This document shows, one piece after another, positions 51,058 to 64,000 of a stretch of DNA of 64,000 bases. The translations under genes were made by a program, and so were the position numbers. Each line of letters begins with the position of its first letter. The stretch's first letter is position 1. The stretch comes from Heptranchias perlo (taxonomy: Eukaryota): the NCBI RefSeq assembly GCF_035084215.1, contig NC_090326.1, positions 806,001 through 870,000 of the forward strand. The letters are read 5' to 3'. Below the pieces are notes generated by a model. It saw nothing but the letters and a program-made list of their open reading frames with translations. It ran no database searches and was not told the origin of the DNA.

Positions 51058-52436
51058 GATGGTTTTTTTTCACAAAGCTCAATTCAATGATAAATTTTCT
51101 CCTTTCTGATGTATTTATGTAGCCATCCTGGACCTGGCTGAGAAAGGCAGAGCGTGAGATAGGCGGGGTCTGAGTGACAGATAGTGCAGAGAGAAGGGGC
51201 GGGAGAGGAGACAGAAATAAAGTGACAGTCAGAGCAGAGAGAGAGGTGGGGGAGGGGGGGGGAGGTGACAGAATCAGAGTGACATTCAGCGCAAAGAGGG
51301 GAGGGGAGAGAAGACAGAAGCAGTGCGACAGACAGAGCAGAGAGAGTGGGAGGGGAGAGGACGCAGAATCAGAGTGACAGAAAGGCGAGAGATGCGGGGG
51401 GATTGATGGAGACTGAATGAGACTGACAGTCAGAGCAGCGAGAGTGGGCGGGAGGGGATAGGAGACAGAATCAGGGTGACAGACAGAACAGGGAGAGGAC
51501 GGGGGAGGGATGAGGAAAGTGAAGGAGACAGAATCAGATTGACAGACAGAGCGGGAGAGCGGCATCCGAGCTTTCACACTTTAGCAGAGAAATATTTATT
51601 TACATTTACTTAAAATGGCCAGTTACAATTCAGAGCCAATAATATTCCTGCCTAAATGCAGTCACTTCTATAACATAGGATCTAGTGCAGGCCGTATAGC
51701 CGCTCGAGGCTATTGCGCCATTCAATTACATTATGGTGATCTGCGCCTCAACTCCACTCACCCGCCTCTGATCCACATCCCTTGGTACTCGCACCCATCA
51801 AAAATCTACCCATCTCAGTCTTGAAAGCTCCAATTGACCCCCAGCCTCAACAGCCTTTTAGGGGAGAAAGAGTTCCAGATTTCCGCTACCTCTTGTGTGA
51901 AAAAGTGCTTCCTGATTTCACCCCGGAACGGACTAGCTCTAATTTTAAGGATATGCCCCCTTGTTCTGCATTTACCCAGCACAGTAAATAGTTTATCTGT
52001 ATCTAACCCATAGAATACCTGAAGCAGGGAGAGCGGCCTTTGAGATTTTAGCTCCGCCTCCAGCTCCTCTAACTCCACTCTATCCCCAATCGACCCCGAT
52101 TGCACCTGCGAACACATCCCCTCCCGGAAGGGGTCAGCAGTTTACAAACATCTTATGACAGCCGATTTGCAGAATCTCATGTGCTGGGGTTTGAGTTGTG
52201 AAGCTGGCTTTCTCCACCAGTGTTACCATCTCACACTGACTCGACCAGGCATCCTATTCTCTTTATTATATTACAGAGGAAGCGCGGGTGTAGCAAATGT
52301 TTATTTTAACTGATTTGTATTGAGAATGAGCCCGTGGGTAGGACATGTATTTTATTGCGGTCTCAGCTCTTTTTCGAGAGACGCGGTGAATCTGAGAAGA
52401 GCATTTGGCTCAGATGTTTACATTTGCCCTTTTTAT

Positions 52437-52790
52437 TTACTTCTTTTGGGGGCTTTTAGCCGCTTTCTTGGACTTTGGTGTTTTCGGCTGGCGATTTCCC
52501 GTCGCTTTCCTCACGCCCGAGACCGATTTCAGATTTACAACTTTAACCCTCTTGGGACTCTTGGTCTTCTTCGAGGGATTTTTTTTGTGAAGTTTTGCCG
52601 CTTTCATCGCCTTTCTGGTGCGCGACGTCCCCTTCACTTTCTTGGCGGGAGATTTCTTGGCTGTCGGTTTCCTTGGAGATTTCCTCGCGGTCGGTTTCTT
52701 GACCGCTGCTGGTTTCTTGGCTGTTAGTTTCTGGGCCGTCTTGGCCATTTTTTCTGGGTTTCCTTCTTGGCGACTTTGAAGGAGACCGAG
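52437..52790 (-). pseudogene. H1: Histone H1 C-terminal remnant
   Basis: K/A/P-rich tail (KKPAAVKKPTARKSP) paralogous to 9251-9590; the rest is deleted. Confidence 0.88.
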
Positions 52791-52894
52791 ACTCCCGTGC
52801 CCATATTTACCAATTAAATAATGAGAAAAAAATATTTAAACATTAATATATTAAAGCCAGTGTTTTGAACGCCATAATGTAATCTGAGAAAAAT

Positions 52895-53800
52895 TACATA
52901 CAGATACAGAATGAATCTCACCACTAACATACAGTACCAGAGACAGACAGACACAGAATAAACCCCACACTGACATATAGTACCAGGGACGGAAAGATAC
53001 AGAATGAATCCCTCACTCACATAATGTCAGAGACTGCATATTTGAATGATTCTCACACTCTCATAAAGTAGCAGAAACTAACAGGTAATTTAAGAATCAC
53101 GCACACACACAAAATGACTCTCACACTCACATACAATACCAGGAACTGACAGGTACAGAATGAATCTCACACTCAGACACAGTGCCAGAGATGGACAGAT
53201 AAATAATGAATCCCACATTAACACATAGTACTAGAGACTGACAGATACAGAATTAATCCCACACTGACACAATACCAGCTACAGAATGAATCACACTCTC
53301 ACATACAGTATAACAGACTGCACATATAGAATGAACCTCACACTCACAGACAGTGCCAGACACTGGCAGATACATAATGAATCTCATGTGGACAAGATAA
53401 CAGCGACTACATAGGTTGATTGAATCCCATATTCACATATAGTACCAGAGACTGACAGATACAGAATGAATCCCACACTCACACAGTACTGGAGACTGCA
53501 TATATAGAATGAACAGCATCAACACACAAAGTACTGAAAAGATACAGAATGAGTCCCACACTCACACACAGTACCAGAGATTGACAAGTACAGGATGAAT
53601 CTCAGTTACCTACATTGGTGCAGACTGAGTTACACATTACATACCACTCCAAAAAATCTCATATTATCAGATTGAAAGATACAGTGTCAATTCTGAGACA
53701 GACTCAGACTAAAATAAACTATTCCATTAGTACAGACTGAAGTAAACATTACATACCAATTAAAACATTTCACCATATCAGTTTGAAAGATGTATTATCA
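52895..53800. repeat. 46-bp satellite followed by 81-bp satellite units
   Basis: Paralogous to 20810-21560, then cagactgagttacacattacatacc-type units. Confidence 0.85.
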
Positions 53801-53842
53801 TTCACAATTGTATTCAAAGAGATACAAATTTATTAGTATTCC

Positions 53843-54988
53843 ATCACCATCCCTGGGTATGTCCTGTCCCACCGGCAGGACAGACCGACCAGAGGTGGCG
53901 GTACAGTGATATACAGTCAGGAGGGAGTGGCCCTGGGAGTACTCAACATTGACTCTGGACCCCATGAAATCTCATGGCATCAGGTCAAACATGGGCAAGG
54001 AAACCTCCTGCTGATTACCACCTACCGCCCTCCTTCAGCTGATGAATCAGTCCTCCTCCATGTTAAGCACCATTTGGAGGAAGCACTGAGGGTAGCAAGG
54101 GCACAGAATGTACTCTGGGTGGGGGACTTCAATATCCATCACCAAGAGTGGCTCGGTAGCACCACTACTGACCGAGGTGGCCGAGTCCTGAAGGATATAG
54201 CTGCGAGACTGGGCCTGCGGCAAGTGCTGGAGAACCAACAAGTGGGAAAAACTTACTTGACCTCGTCCTCACCAACCTACCTGTCGCAGATGAATCTGTC
54301 CATGACAGTATTGGTAGGAGTGACCATCGCACAGTCCTTGTGGAGATGAAGTCCCGTCTTCACACTGAGGACACCATCCAACGTGTTGTGTGGCACTATC
54401 ACTGTGCTAAATGGGATAGATTCAGAACAGATCCAGCAGCTCAAAACTTGGCAACCATGAGGCGCTGTGGGCCATCAGCAGCAGCAGAATTGTGTTCCAG
54501 CAAAATCTGTAACCTCATGGCCCGGCATATTCCTCACTCTACCATTACCAACAAGCCAGGGGTTCAAACCTGGTTCAATGAGGAGTGTAGAAGAGCATGC
54601 CAGCAGCAGCACCAGGCGTACCTAAAAATGAAGTACCAATCTAGTGAAGCTACAACTCAGGACTACCTGAATGCTAAACAGCGGAAGCAACATGCTATAG
54701 ACAGAGCTAAGCGATTGCACAACCAACAGATCAGATCAAAGCTCTGCAGTCCTTCAACATCCAGTCGTGAATTGTGGTGGACAATTAAACAACTAACGGG
54801 AAGAGGAGGCTCTGTAAGCATCCCCATCCTCAATGATGATAGAGTCCAGCACGTGAGTGAATAAGACAAGGTTGAAGCGTTTGCAACCATCTTCAGCCAG
54901 AAGTGCAGAGAGGATGATCCATCTCGGCCTCCTCCCGATATCACCACCATCACAGAAGCCAGTCTTCAGCCAATTCGATTCACTCCAC
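53843..54988 (+). mobile_element. Internal LINE fragment (APE endonuclease and linker), probably family B
   Basis: TIPGYVLSHRQDR, TYRPPS, WVGDFN, GRSDH, WFNEECRRA; no RT or tail. Confidence 0.8.
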
Positions 54989-54991
54989 GTG

Positions 54992-57033
54992 TACGTGCTC
55001 TTCAAAATGACGTATGGGGAGGGAATCTGCAATTGGATCCAACTGCTCTACACAAACATCAATAGCGCCGTTTCAATCAACGGATGGGAATCAGAAAGCT
55101 TTCAGATCAAATCTGGAGTCAGGCAGGGCTGTCCTCTCTCCTCCGTCTTGTTCGTGTGTTGCATCAAGCCCTTTGCCGAGTCCATCAGGAGGGATGCGGG
55201 CGTAGGAGGAGTGACGATCCCAGGCAGCGGAGGCACTCAGGTCAAGGCCTCCCTGTACATGGACGAAGTCACCATCTTTTGCTCGGATCAGCTGTCGGTC
55301 CGCAAATTGATGAGCATCTGTGACCTGTTCGAACTGGCCTTGTGGGCCAGGGTAAATCGCACCAAGATCGAGGCCACGTTCTTTGGGAACTGGACCGACC
55401 GATCCTTTGTCCCCTTCACCGTCAGGTCGGATTACCTGAAGGTGCTGGCGATCTGGTTCGGGGGTCCCGGTGCGTGCCCCAAAAACTGGAAGGAGCGTAT
55501 TGCCAATGTGAAGCAGAAACTGGGACTGTGGGATCGACGATCCCTCTCGATCATGGGCAAGAACCTGGTCATCAGGTGCGAGGTGCTCTCGGTGTTGCTG
55601 TATGTGGCGCAGGTCTGGCCCATACCTCGCTCCTGTGCCTTCCCTCCCCAAACCCCATTTTGGAGAGCACGTCCATCATATACGTGTGGGATATTTTGTC
55701 AAAGGCCTTCTCCTGGTCCAGGCTGATCAGGCAGGTATTCACCCCCCCCCCCCCCCCCACTCCCTGCCCTGTACTTAGGTGATCGTATCCCTGAGCAGCG
55801 CCAGGCTATCAGAGATCTTCCTGCCGGGTACAGCGCAGGTCTGATCGGGGTGAATCACCACCTCCAGGGCTGACTTGACCCGATTGGCGATGACCTTGGA
55901 CAGAATTTTGTAGTCCATGTTAAGTAGTGAGATGGGTCGCCAATTTCTTCCCTCTCCCCCTTCCGTTTGTAGATGAGGGTGATGATGCCTTTCCTCATGG
56001 AGTCTGACATGCTGCCTGCCAGAAGCATACCCCCGTACACTTCCAGCAGTTCTGGGCCTATCCAGTCCCACAGAGCCGAGTACAACTCCATCGGTAAGCC
56101 GTCGCTTCCGGGAGTCTTACTCTTCTCGAAGGAACGGGCGGCCTTTGTCAGTTTGTCCAGAGTTAGCGTGTGATCCAGACTCTCCCGCTTGCTGTCGTCT
56201 AGAACCTCCATGATAGACGACAAGAAGGACTGGGAGGCCGCGCTGCCTGTGGGCTTCGCGTTGTACAGTCCGGCATAAAAGGATTTGCAGGTCCTCAGTA
56301 TGTCGGGCTGCGAGGACGTGACCGAGCCGTCCTCTTCCTTCAGGCTGCTGATCACAGAGCTCTCTCTGTGCACCTTTTGGAAGAAGAAGCGCGAGCAAGT
56401 CTCGTCCTGCTCCACGGAGCGGACTCTGGACCGGAAAATGATCTAGGAGGCCTCGGAGGCAAAGAACGAGGCTTGCTGGTCCTTCACCTCTCTGAGCTCC
56501 TCCCCGACATCGATCCCCATCGACTGCAGCACGAGAAGATTCTGCATGCTTTTCTGGAGTCGGGATGTTTCCCTCTGCCTCTCTCTCCCCTTCTGAACAC
56601 CTTTGAGGATGAAGAACCTCTTGATGTTCGCCTTGGTGGCTTCCCACCAGTGCACTGGGGAATCAAAGAGGGGCTTTACGGTTCTCCAACCTTTGTAATC
56701 CCTCTTCAGTTCCTCAATCTTTCGCGGGGTCAACAGTTTCACGTTCAGCTTCCATGTCCCCCTGCCCACTCTCTGATCGTCCTGTAGGTGACAGTCAGCC
56801 AGGAGGAGGCAGCGGTCAGAGAAGAACACTGGAGTGACCTTGGTGGATCTGACCTTGAGCTTTGGGGACACAAACAGGAAGTCTATCCTGGAATGGACGG
56901 ACCCGTCTGGTCTGGACCAGGTGTATTGACGCGCTGCTCCATCTGCAGGGTTGCTGAAGATGTCGCACAGTTTGGCATCTTTCACCGCTTCCATTAGGAG
57001 TTTGGACGTTGTGTCCAGTTTGTTGTTGGCGCT
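54992..57033. mobile_element. Tx1/L1-clade LINE ORF2 fragment with internal inversion (plus 54992-55640, minus 55641-57033)
   Basis: Minus strand: SRIDF, WKLN, KTPGSDGLP, NWRPISLLN, SLDQEKAFD. Plus strand: GVRQGCPLS, YMDE. Confidence 0.9.
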
Positions 57034-57326
57034 CATTGCTCATTGCCAGCGGTCTCTAGTTCTTAGAGATCGCTGGCAATGAGCATCTCACGAGCCCTGG
57101 CTAAGCCGCAGTGGCCTTCCACACCTCCACGCTGAAGCGACTGTGGGAGGCGAGGGTGGGTGGGGAGCATCTTGTAGGAGCCCTAGAGTAGCAGAGAGAT
57201 CTCTTAACAAGGCAGTATGGGTTGACACATGGGTGATGATGTTGGTTCATTGTATTTGTATAATTATTAAAATGTTAAACCGTTAGCAATTTTAACTTTA
57301 TATTGCTCGCTGGATTTATTTTAACT

Positions 57327-57764
57327 AATAAAGAAACAGAAAGATTTGCATTTCTATCGCGCCTTTCCGATCTCAGTTCATCCCAAAGCACTTTACAGCC
57401 AATGAAGTGCATTCGCTGTTGTAATGTAGGAAACACGGCAGCCAATTTGCACACAGCAAGCTCCTACAAACAACAAGGAGATCATGCTTTAGTGGTGTTG
57501 GTTCAGGGATAAATATTAGCCCAGGACACCAGGTAGAACTCCCCTGCTCCTTCTCAAAATAGTGTCATTGGATCTTTTATATCCACCTGAGTGGGGCTTC
57601 AGGTAAATATCTCGTCCGAAAGATGGCACCTCCGATAGTGCAGCATTCCCACAGTACTGCACTGGAAGTGTCAGCCTAGATTATAGGCTGAAGTCTCTGA
57701 AATGGGGCATTGAACCGACCTTCCGACTCAGAGGCGAGAATGCTATCCACTGAGCCACGGCTGA
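57327..57764 (-). mobile_element. tRNA-headed Deu-domain SINE (SacSINE1-like)
   Basis: Minus strand: GTGGCTCAGTGG (A box)...GGTTCAATGCCC (B box), then Deu-like TGCTGCACTATCGGAGGTGCCATCTTTCGGA and a T-rich tail. Family name is from recall. Confidence 0.75.
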
Positions 57765-59727
57765 AATGTACCTTAGTGTTGGTCAGTGTTTGGAAGTACT
57801 TTATTGGAGGGTTGCAGGAACAGTAGAGACACGGTTCAGGACTGTTAATGGATGGGAGGTGTAAGATTCTTCAGCTCAGGGTGCGAAAGGCCAATGGTCT
57901 TAATTTTCTCAGGAATTTTATTTGTCATTTAAAAATTGAAGCACTGAATTACTAACCAGAAATGGGAATGCGACTCATTGTGGCTCAGAAAGCTTTTTCT
58001 AACCAACCCTGTACCGAGAGGAAACATTTAGAGCCGATATAAAAACCGTACTGGTGAATAATGATTAAATCAAGTTAAACCCCGACTGTAGGAGAAGGGG
58101 AAACGGGAACAAACTAGTTAAAGAGAACTGGTGAACTTTGATATGAAGGGGATCGTTCCCTTTATCGGATTAATGCGGACATTACCTTTAACAGTTGGTT
58201 TGTTGTCTGGCGGGCTTTTTGAAATTGCTCTGATCCCGGCTGAACCGATCTTGGCTGAACCGATCCTATAAACACCGAGGGCAGCAGAGGGAGTCGGTGC
58301 TACCGGAGAGAATGGGGAACTCATTTCTGACCCAGGAACAGGTCCAGGAATAAAAAACACATGGGATTCCACCGGTGTCTGACGCTGTAATCCAGACTGA
58401 CTTTACAATCTATAACTAGTAAACCAGAAGTTGCCTTCCTTGCTGTTTCTCTCAGTATCTTTTGATCGTAAATGGCCTTTGACAGATAAAGTGGGCGGCT
58501 GTAAAATGAGCCTGTGGGTTCTATTCATTAATGGCACCTTTACTGATAAAATGAAGATGTGACTCCGAAATGGAGAAGGGATTTCTCAAACCAATCCTGG
58601 AGAAACATGGGAAAGTGGGAGTCGGTGTATTTGCTGGGACAGTGTAGGATTAATATCAGACAGCAACAGTCCCAGATTAATTTAATCAGAATGAAACACT
58701 CAATCACAGATTAAGATCAAACGGTTTTTAGCTGCAAGACCGTAGAGTTTGATGGAAGCTGGCTGTTCTATCATTGATTCCTGAAATAATGACAGTGCGA
58801 TTAACTAACTCCAGTCATTTGAATCCAGCACTGAGGGTGAGCCGCAATTAGTTGGGATTTAAAACCCATGCTGGATATAAAGCGGAATCGGATCAAATGA
58901 AGTTTCAGTTTATTGTCCCTCTCCAGCTGTACTGACAGAGGCTGTTTCACTGTAACTCGCAATAACAGATCCAAAAGCTGATGATTAAAACTTGTATTCT
59001 ATGAGACATAAAAGCCCGAGAACTCCTTTTAAAGTGTGTCTTGCTCTATCACTCAGCGCTAGAATGAGAAGCAGCGGAAAACATTAGTGTCACATTCACT
59101 TCGGTACTAGTAACTGACACAGGAACTGACAGCGACAGATTAAATCCCTCACACATACAATAACAGAAAAAATTCACTCACACTGATTCAGCAAACGCTG
59201 ACACAATAATCAACACATCAATCAGCTTCTGTTATACAAATCTGAGTTACAGAAGACAGACCGAGTGTTATCCGATGATGGGACTGCTAATAACACTTAC
59301 AACAATGGCCAGAACACAACAGAAAGCATCTTGTAGACGATGATCAAACGTCCCTGGTATTTCTGTCTCCCACCCGCCCAGTTTACTCACAATTATGATT
59401 ATTTAGGCCTCATTTCCTACACAACCTACAAATTTCAACCAATTGGAGACTGGCGACATCTACTGCCCGGAAGCGAGTGCCGTAACAGACCGACATGGAT
59501 CAGTAATATTTAACAAGATATTTATTGTTCGCTTCTAACAGACGGAAAGCAGTTAGTTCCAGAATCGGAATAAGGTTTTCAGCGTCACAGGAGCATGAAA
59601 TCGAGACAAGGAGCGAAAATATCAGGATCTGAAACAGGTCGTTTTATTGTTAAATTCCAGCCCTTTCATACATACAGTGGGTGGCTCTGAAAAGAGCCTT
59701 TGTTTATCCGATTAAATCTCGGTCGAT

Positions 59728-60177
<450 letters not shown>

Positions 60178-61162
60178 TTATACCTTCTGGAGGATTACAC
60201 TGGGGCAATTGTGATTGGTCCATATGTTCTTAATCTCATTGGGCTGGTCGTTAAACCAATCAGAGAATGGTTTTATTCACCAATCAATAGTCGGGAATGA
60301 GAAAAGGACAGAAATCCCGGCCCCAATTATCAGACCTGAAACGGTTTTTGAAATTTGAAAAGGCCGCTAATATATTTGTAACACAAAAAGCGGGTTTAGT
60401 AAATAATGTCGCCTTAAGACATAGATTTAAAAATCTCTCTCCTTTTACTCTGTTATTCCACATTTCCCGTCACATCTTCGGGACTCTTTTACAATCCGGT
60501 TCAGATTCGGCATCATTCTCCGTTCGCTTTCAAACGTGCGGACATGAAACCCCATTCACAGCATTTTGTAACGGGACAGATTCCAGCTCAATCTTTGTTA
60601 AAGTAACAACCGCAGATTGTGGATTGATCCCTGTCCACAGGAGCTGCTCCGGGATCTAAACCGGAGCCGAGATTCCTGGTTTATGAAGTCGAACAGTGAC
60701 AGAGCTTTTAGACTATTCTATTCTCGGTATCAAGTCCCTTTCAGGGTTGCTACAATACAAAGTTCTGCGGTTAATAAGCTGATTTTCTCCACAATGAACA
60801 AACATATGAAAAGGGGAAAAGAAATGTTTGAAGTCTAATCCACCAGCCCCAATACGGCTCTGAAGGGGGCAAGTGCGGGGGAAGGGGTGGATTATGAACG
60901 GGAAAGAAAGGGTCAGAGACAAGTTTCTTGTTATTGGGACTAACTTCAACAGCGACACAAAGATTATATCGTGCAGTGATTAAGAGAATCTTCCAGATTT
61001 CAAGAGAAATTACAAAAACACGAGTGTTATAGAAAGACAGTTAGTATCAAAATACCTAAAGTGATCCCATAGCGAGATGTCGATACAGCGTCTTCAGAGA
61101 GACTGTGGGTGGCTCTTAAAAGAGCCTTTGTGTTTAGGTTGTTTTCAGTTCATTGTGGAGTT

Positions 61163-61537
61163 TTACTTGGAGCTGGTGTACTTGGTCACCGCCTTTGTCC
61201 CTTCCGACACGGCGTGCTTGGCCAGTTCTCCGGGCAGCAGCAGGCGCACGGCGGTCTGGATCTCTCGGGAGCTGATGGTGTGGCGTTTATTATAATGCGC
61301 CAGGCGGGAAGCCTCACCCGCGATGCGCTCGAAAATATCGTTCACAAAGGAGTTCATGATGCTCATCGCCTTGGAGGAGATGCCGGTGTCGGGATGAACC
61401 TGCTTCATCACTTTGTAGATGTAGATGGAGTAACTCTCCTTCCTCGTCTTTCTCCGCTTCTTGCCGCCCTTTGCTGGCGTTTTACTCAAGGTTTTCTTGG
61501 CGCCCTTCTTCGGAGCTGCTTTCTTGTCCTCAGGCAT
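61163..61537 (-). CDS. H2B: Histone H2B (intact; AMSIM and KRHTISS variant)
   Basis: 124-aa ORF; intact promoter; stem-loop at 61111-61126. Confidence 0.97.
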   Translation of the reverse strand: MPEDKKAAPKKGAKKTLSKTPAKGGKKRRKTRKESYSIYIYKVMKQVHPDTGISSKAMSIMNSFVNDIFERIAGEASRLAHYNKRHTISSREIQTAVRLLLPGELAKHAVSEGTKAVTKYTSSK

Positions 61538-61928
61538 TTTCACACTCAATTTCAGACCCAGAAATGACCCAAATCCGCTCCGAGCCCAGATTAAATAGGC
61601 TGACGTCACCGCCACATGCTAATGAGGGATGGGTGAAGACAAAAAATGTGATTGGGTCAGTAGCAGTGATGTCACCATACTTTTTTTCTTTCATTTTCTG
61701 ATTGGTTTTTTCAGATATCCAATCAGATTTAGTACCTTCCACCAATCACTAACACTCTCACACTGCCCATTGTCCGGTTACAGCGATTTGTTCCGAACTG
61801 TTGCAGTTCTGCTTCCGGCCAGTAGATGTCCCCAAACCCCGGGACAGTGAAGTTTGCAGATGAGAGAGGGACAGAACATCAACTAATTATTCACATTATA
61901 TTGCACGAGTGCGATTTGGAAAAAAATG

Positions 61929-62217
61929 CCATCCACAGGTCCAGGTTGGTCGTGGCCCGTGGGGGTGGTCGCTCGGACTGTCTGCCTCTCTTCCATGGAA
62001 TTCTCCGTGCCCGGGTGGCCCTGGAAATGGAGCACGCGGTGTCTACCAGAACGCTTGAGGCTTTCCGCGACCGGTGGGCACCGCAGGGGCTGGAGTGCAT
62101 CCTGGACAAGGATAATAAAATTATAATTTGACACTTGGTTTTGGTTTTCTTTGGTTGCAAATAAACACACCCTAACCCCCCTTCTTATAAAAGGGGGGCC
62201 TAAAAACACAAAAAAGA
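61929..62217 (+). mobile_element. Tx1/L1-like LINE 3' end with A-rich tail
   Basis: ORF end AIHRSR...LEAFRDRWAPQG; flanked by GGAAAAAA(A)TG repeats; empty site at about 43890-43930 (inverted paralog). Confidence 0.75.
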
Positions 62218-63159
62218 GGAAAAAATGGGAATGGAGACCAATTGTAAGTACATTTTGTTAGACCAAACATTAGTTGGAATGCTGTGTTAAATTCTTGTTA
62301 TTGGTTTAGGGTGTATAGTCAATACCGAAGAAGACTGCGACAAAATAAGCTTGCAGAACGGCCGTGTAAATGTCCATTGAATTTTAATATAGAAAGGTGT
62401 GAGCTGTTGCATTTTGGTAGGGGAGTAAGGAGACCACATTCTGCTTGGGAAATAAGAGTCTAAATGGGGTACAGGAGCAATATAAATCGTGTCCTGAAAA
62501 ATCAGAGAGAAATACTGCGCAATGTTCAGTGAAATATAATGGGCCGAATTAACAACTATCGAATGAGTAAAACAAACACTTTATTATGACTCAATTGTCT
62601 TAATTTTTCACTATCAAAATGTGCAAAAATGCGAGATTTCCAGTTACAGACAGAAACGTTCCTCACATTGCACATTGTCCTGTTTCTGTAACCACGACAG
62701 ATACTCAGAATTTGTTCCGCTCTTTTACAGTTCTCGCTTACATCCATTAGAGGTCAGTCTCTGGTACCGTATATGAGAGTGTGGTTCATTCTGTATCTTG
62801 TCTGTCTCAGGTACTGTGTGAGTGTGGGATTCATTCTGAATCTGACATTCTCTGCTACTTTATCTCAGTGTGGGATTCATTCCGTTATTCAGTCTCTGAG
62901 ACAATATGCAAGTCTGTATTGATTCTGCATTTTTATTTCAGTTTACAGTATTGTATTTGAAACTGTATCTTTAATATTTAATGTATATACAGTTTTTCTT
63001 CGAGTAATTAATTTGTAAATATTGACACACTTTTCGATTTTCTTTAATTAAACAGCGTGGGTGAGTTTTGGAGTAGTATTACATCTTAATCTCCGAACTC
63101 TATTGTGATAGAATGATAATGTACCTTTCATTCTGTTCATGGTGAAATTATTTGACTGT

Positions 63160-64000
63160 TATGTAATGTGTAGCTCAATCTGCAATAATGGAATTAATTC
63201 TGTATATCAGACTGATATTGTATGAGATTTTTGGACTGGTATATAATATGCAGCTCCGCCTGCACTAATGGAATTGATACTCTATCAGTCTGATACTGTA
63301 TGAATTTTTGGACTGGAATGTGATGTGTAGCTTAGTCTGCAATAAAAAAAATGATACTGAATCTTTCAACCTGATACACTATGAGATTTTTGGACTAGTG
63401 TATAACATGTAGTTCAGTCTGTGCTAATGGAATTGATATTGTATCTTTACATCTGATATGGTATGAGATTGTTGGACTGCTATGTAATGTGTGACTCCAT
63501 CTGCACTAACGAAATTGATACTGTATCTTTCAATCTAATATTGTATGAGATTTTTGGACTGTATGTAATGTGTATCTCAGTCTGTGCTAATAGAATTGAT
63601 ACTGTGTCTTCCAGTCTGATCATTTATGAGGTTTTTGGACTAGTATATAATGTGTAGCTCAGTCTGTACCAAAGGAATTGATACTATATATTTCAGTGTA
63701 ATACTGTATAAATATTTAGGAGTGTATATATGTAGCTCAGTCTGCATGAATGGAATTGATACTGCATCTTTCAATCTGACTCTATGAGACTTTTGGACTG
63801 ATATGTAATGTGTAACTCAGTCTGCAGTGACATGACTGTGAGATTCATTCTGTATCTGTCAGTTTCTGGTACTGTATGTGAGGGTAGGAGTTATTCTGTA
63901 TCTGTCAGTCTCTGGTGCTGCATGTGAGTGTGAGATTCACTTTGTATCTGTCAGTCTTTGGTACTGTGTGTGAGTGTGAGATTCACTTTGTATCTGTCAG
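63160..64000. repeat. Inverted 81-bp satellite (63160-63830) followed by 46-bp satellite
   Basis: Reverse complements of the arrays at 37800 and 41460. Confidence 0.88.

Noticed and set aside
54857-55726. Novel 289-aa chimeric protein
   Set aside because: Chance read-through joining an out-of-frame LINE fragment to a broken Tx1 RT segment.
57037-57085. pre-miRNA
   Set aside because: The loop is only 5 nt, there is no basal stem, and it sits at a transposon junction.
57690-57764. tRNA gene
   Set aside because: It is the degenerate tRNA-derived head of a SINE, and no full cloverleaf is evident.

Overview
Eukaryotic (vertebrate) DNA, most likely a cartilaginous fish; this is inferred from the histone sequences and the CR1/Penelope/Tx1/Deu-SINE repeat content. 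The window is a decaying, segmentally duplicated replication-dependent histone gene cluster. The unit H2B(+) H2A(+) H3(-) H4(-) H1(-) plus spacer and satellites occurs about three times in direct orientation (approx. 1-21900, 26400-39000, 41500-53800), and a partial copy is inverted (approx. 58380-64000). Intact ORFs are three H2B, two H2A and one divergent H3 (K27N, A29G, R53C, T118S, K122R). All H4 and H1 copies, plus one H2B, two H2A and one H3, are pseudogenes, and one further H3 is deleted entirely. The cluster is heavily invaded by CR1-group LINEs (several nested), Tx1-like LINE pieces, a Deu-domain SINE and a young Penelope-like family. The most unusual signals are two short fold-back Penelope pLTR insertions with 12-bp TSDs (one carries a minimal hammerhead ribozyme on each strand), a recurrent CDE/CHR-like motif upstream of the histone genes, a duplicated CpG-promoter/spliced unit of unknown function, and several templated-insertion junctions resolvable from paralogous empty sites. 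All alignments were made by eye; repeat boundaries are approximate.
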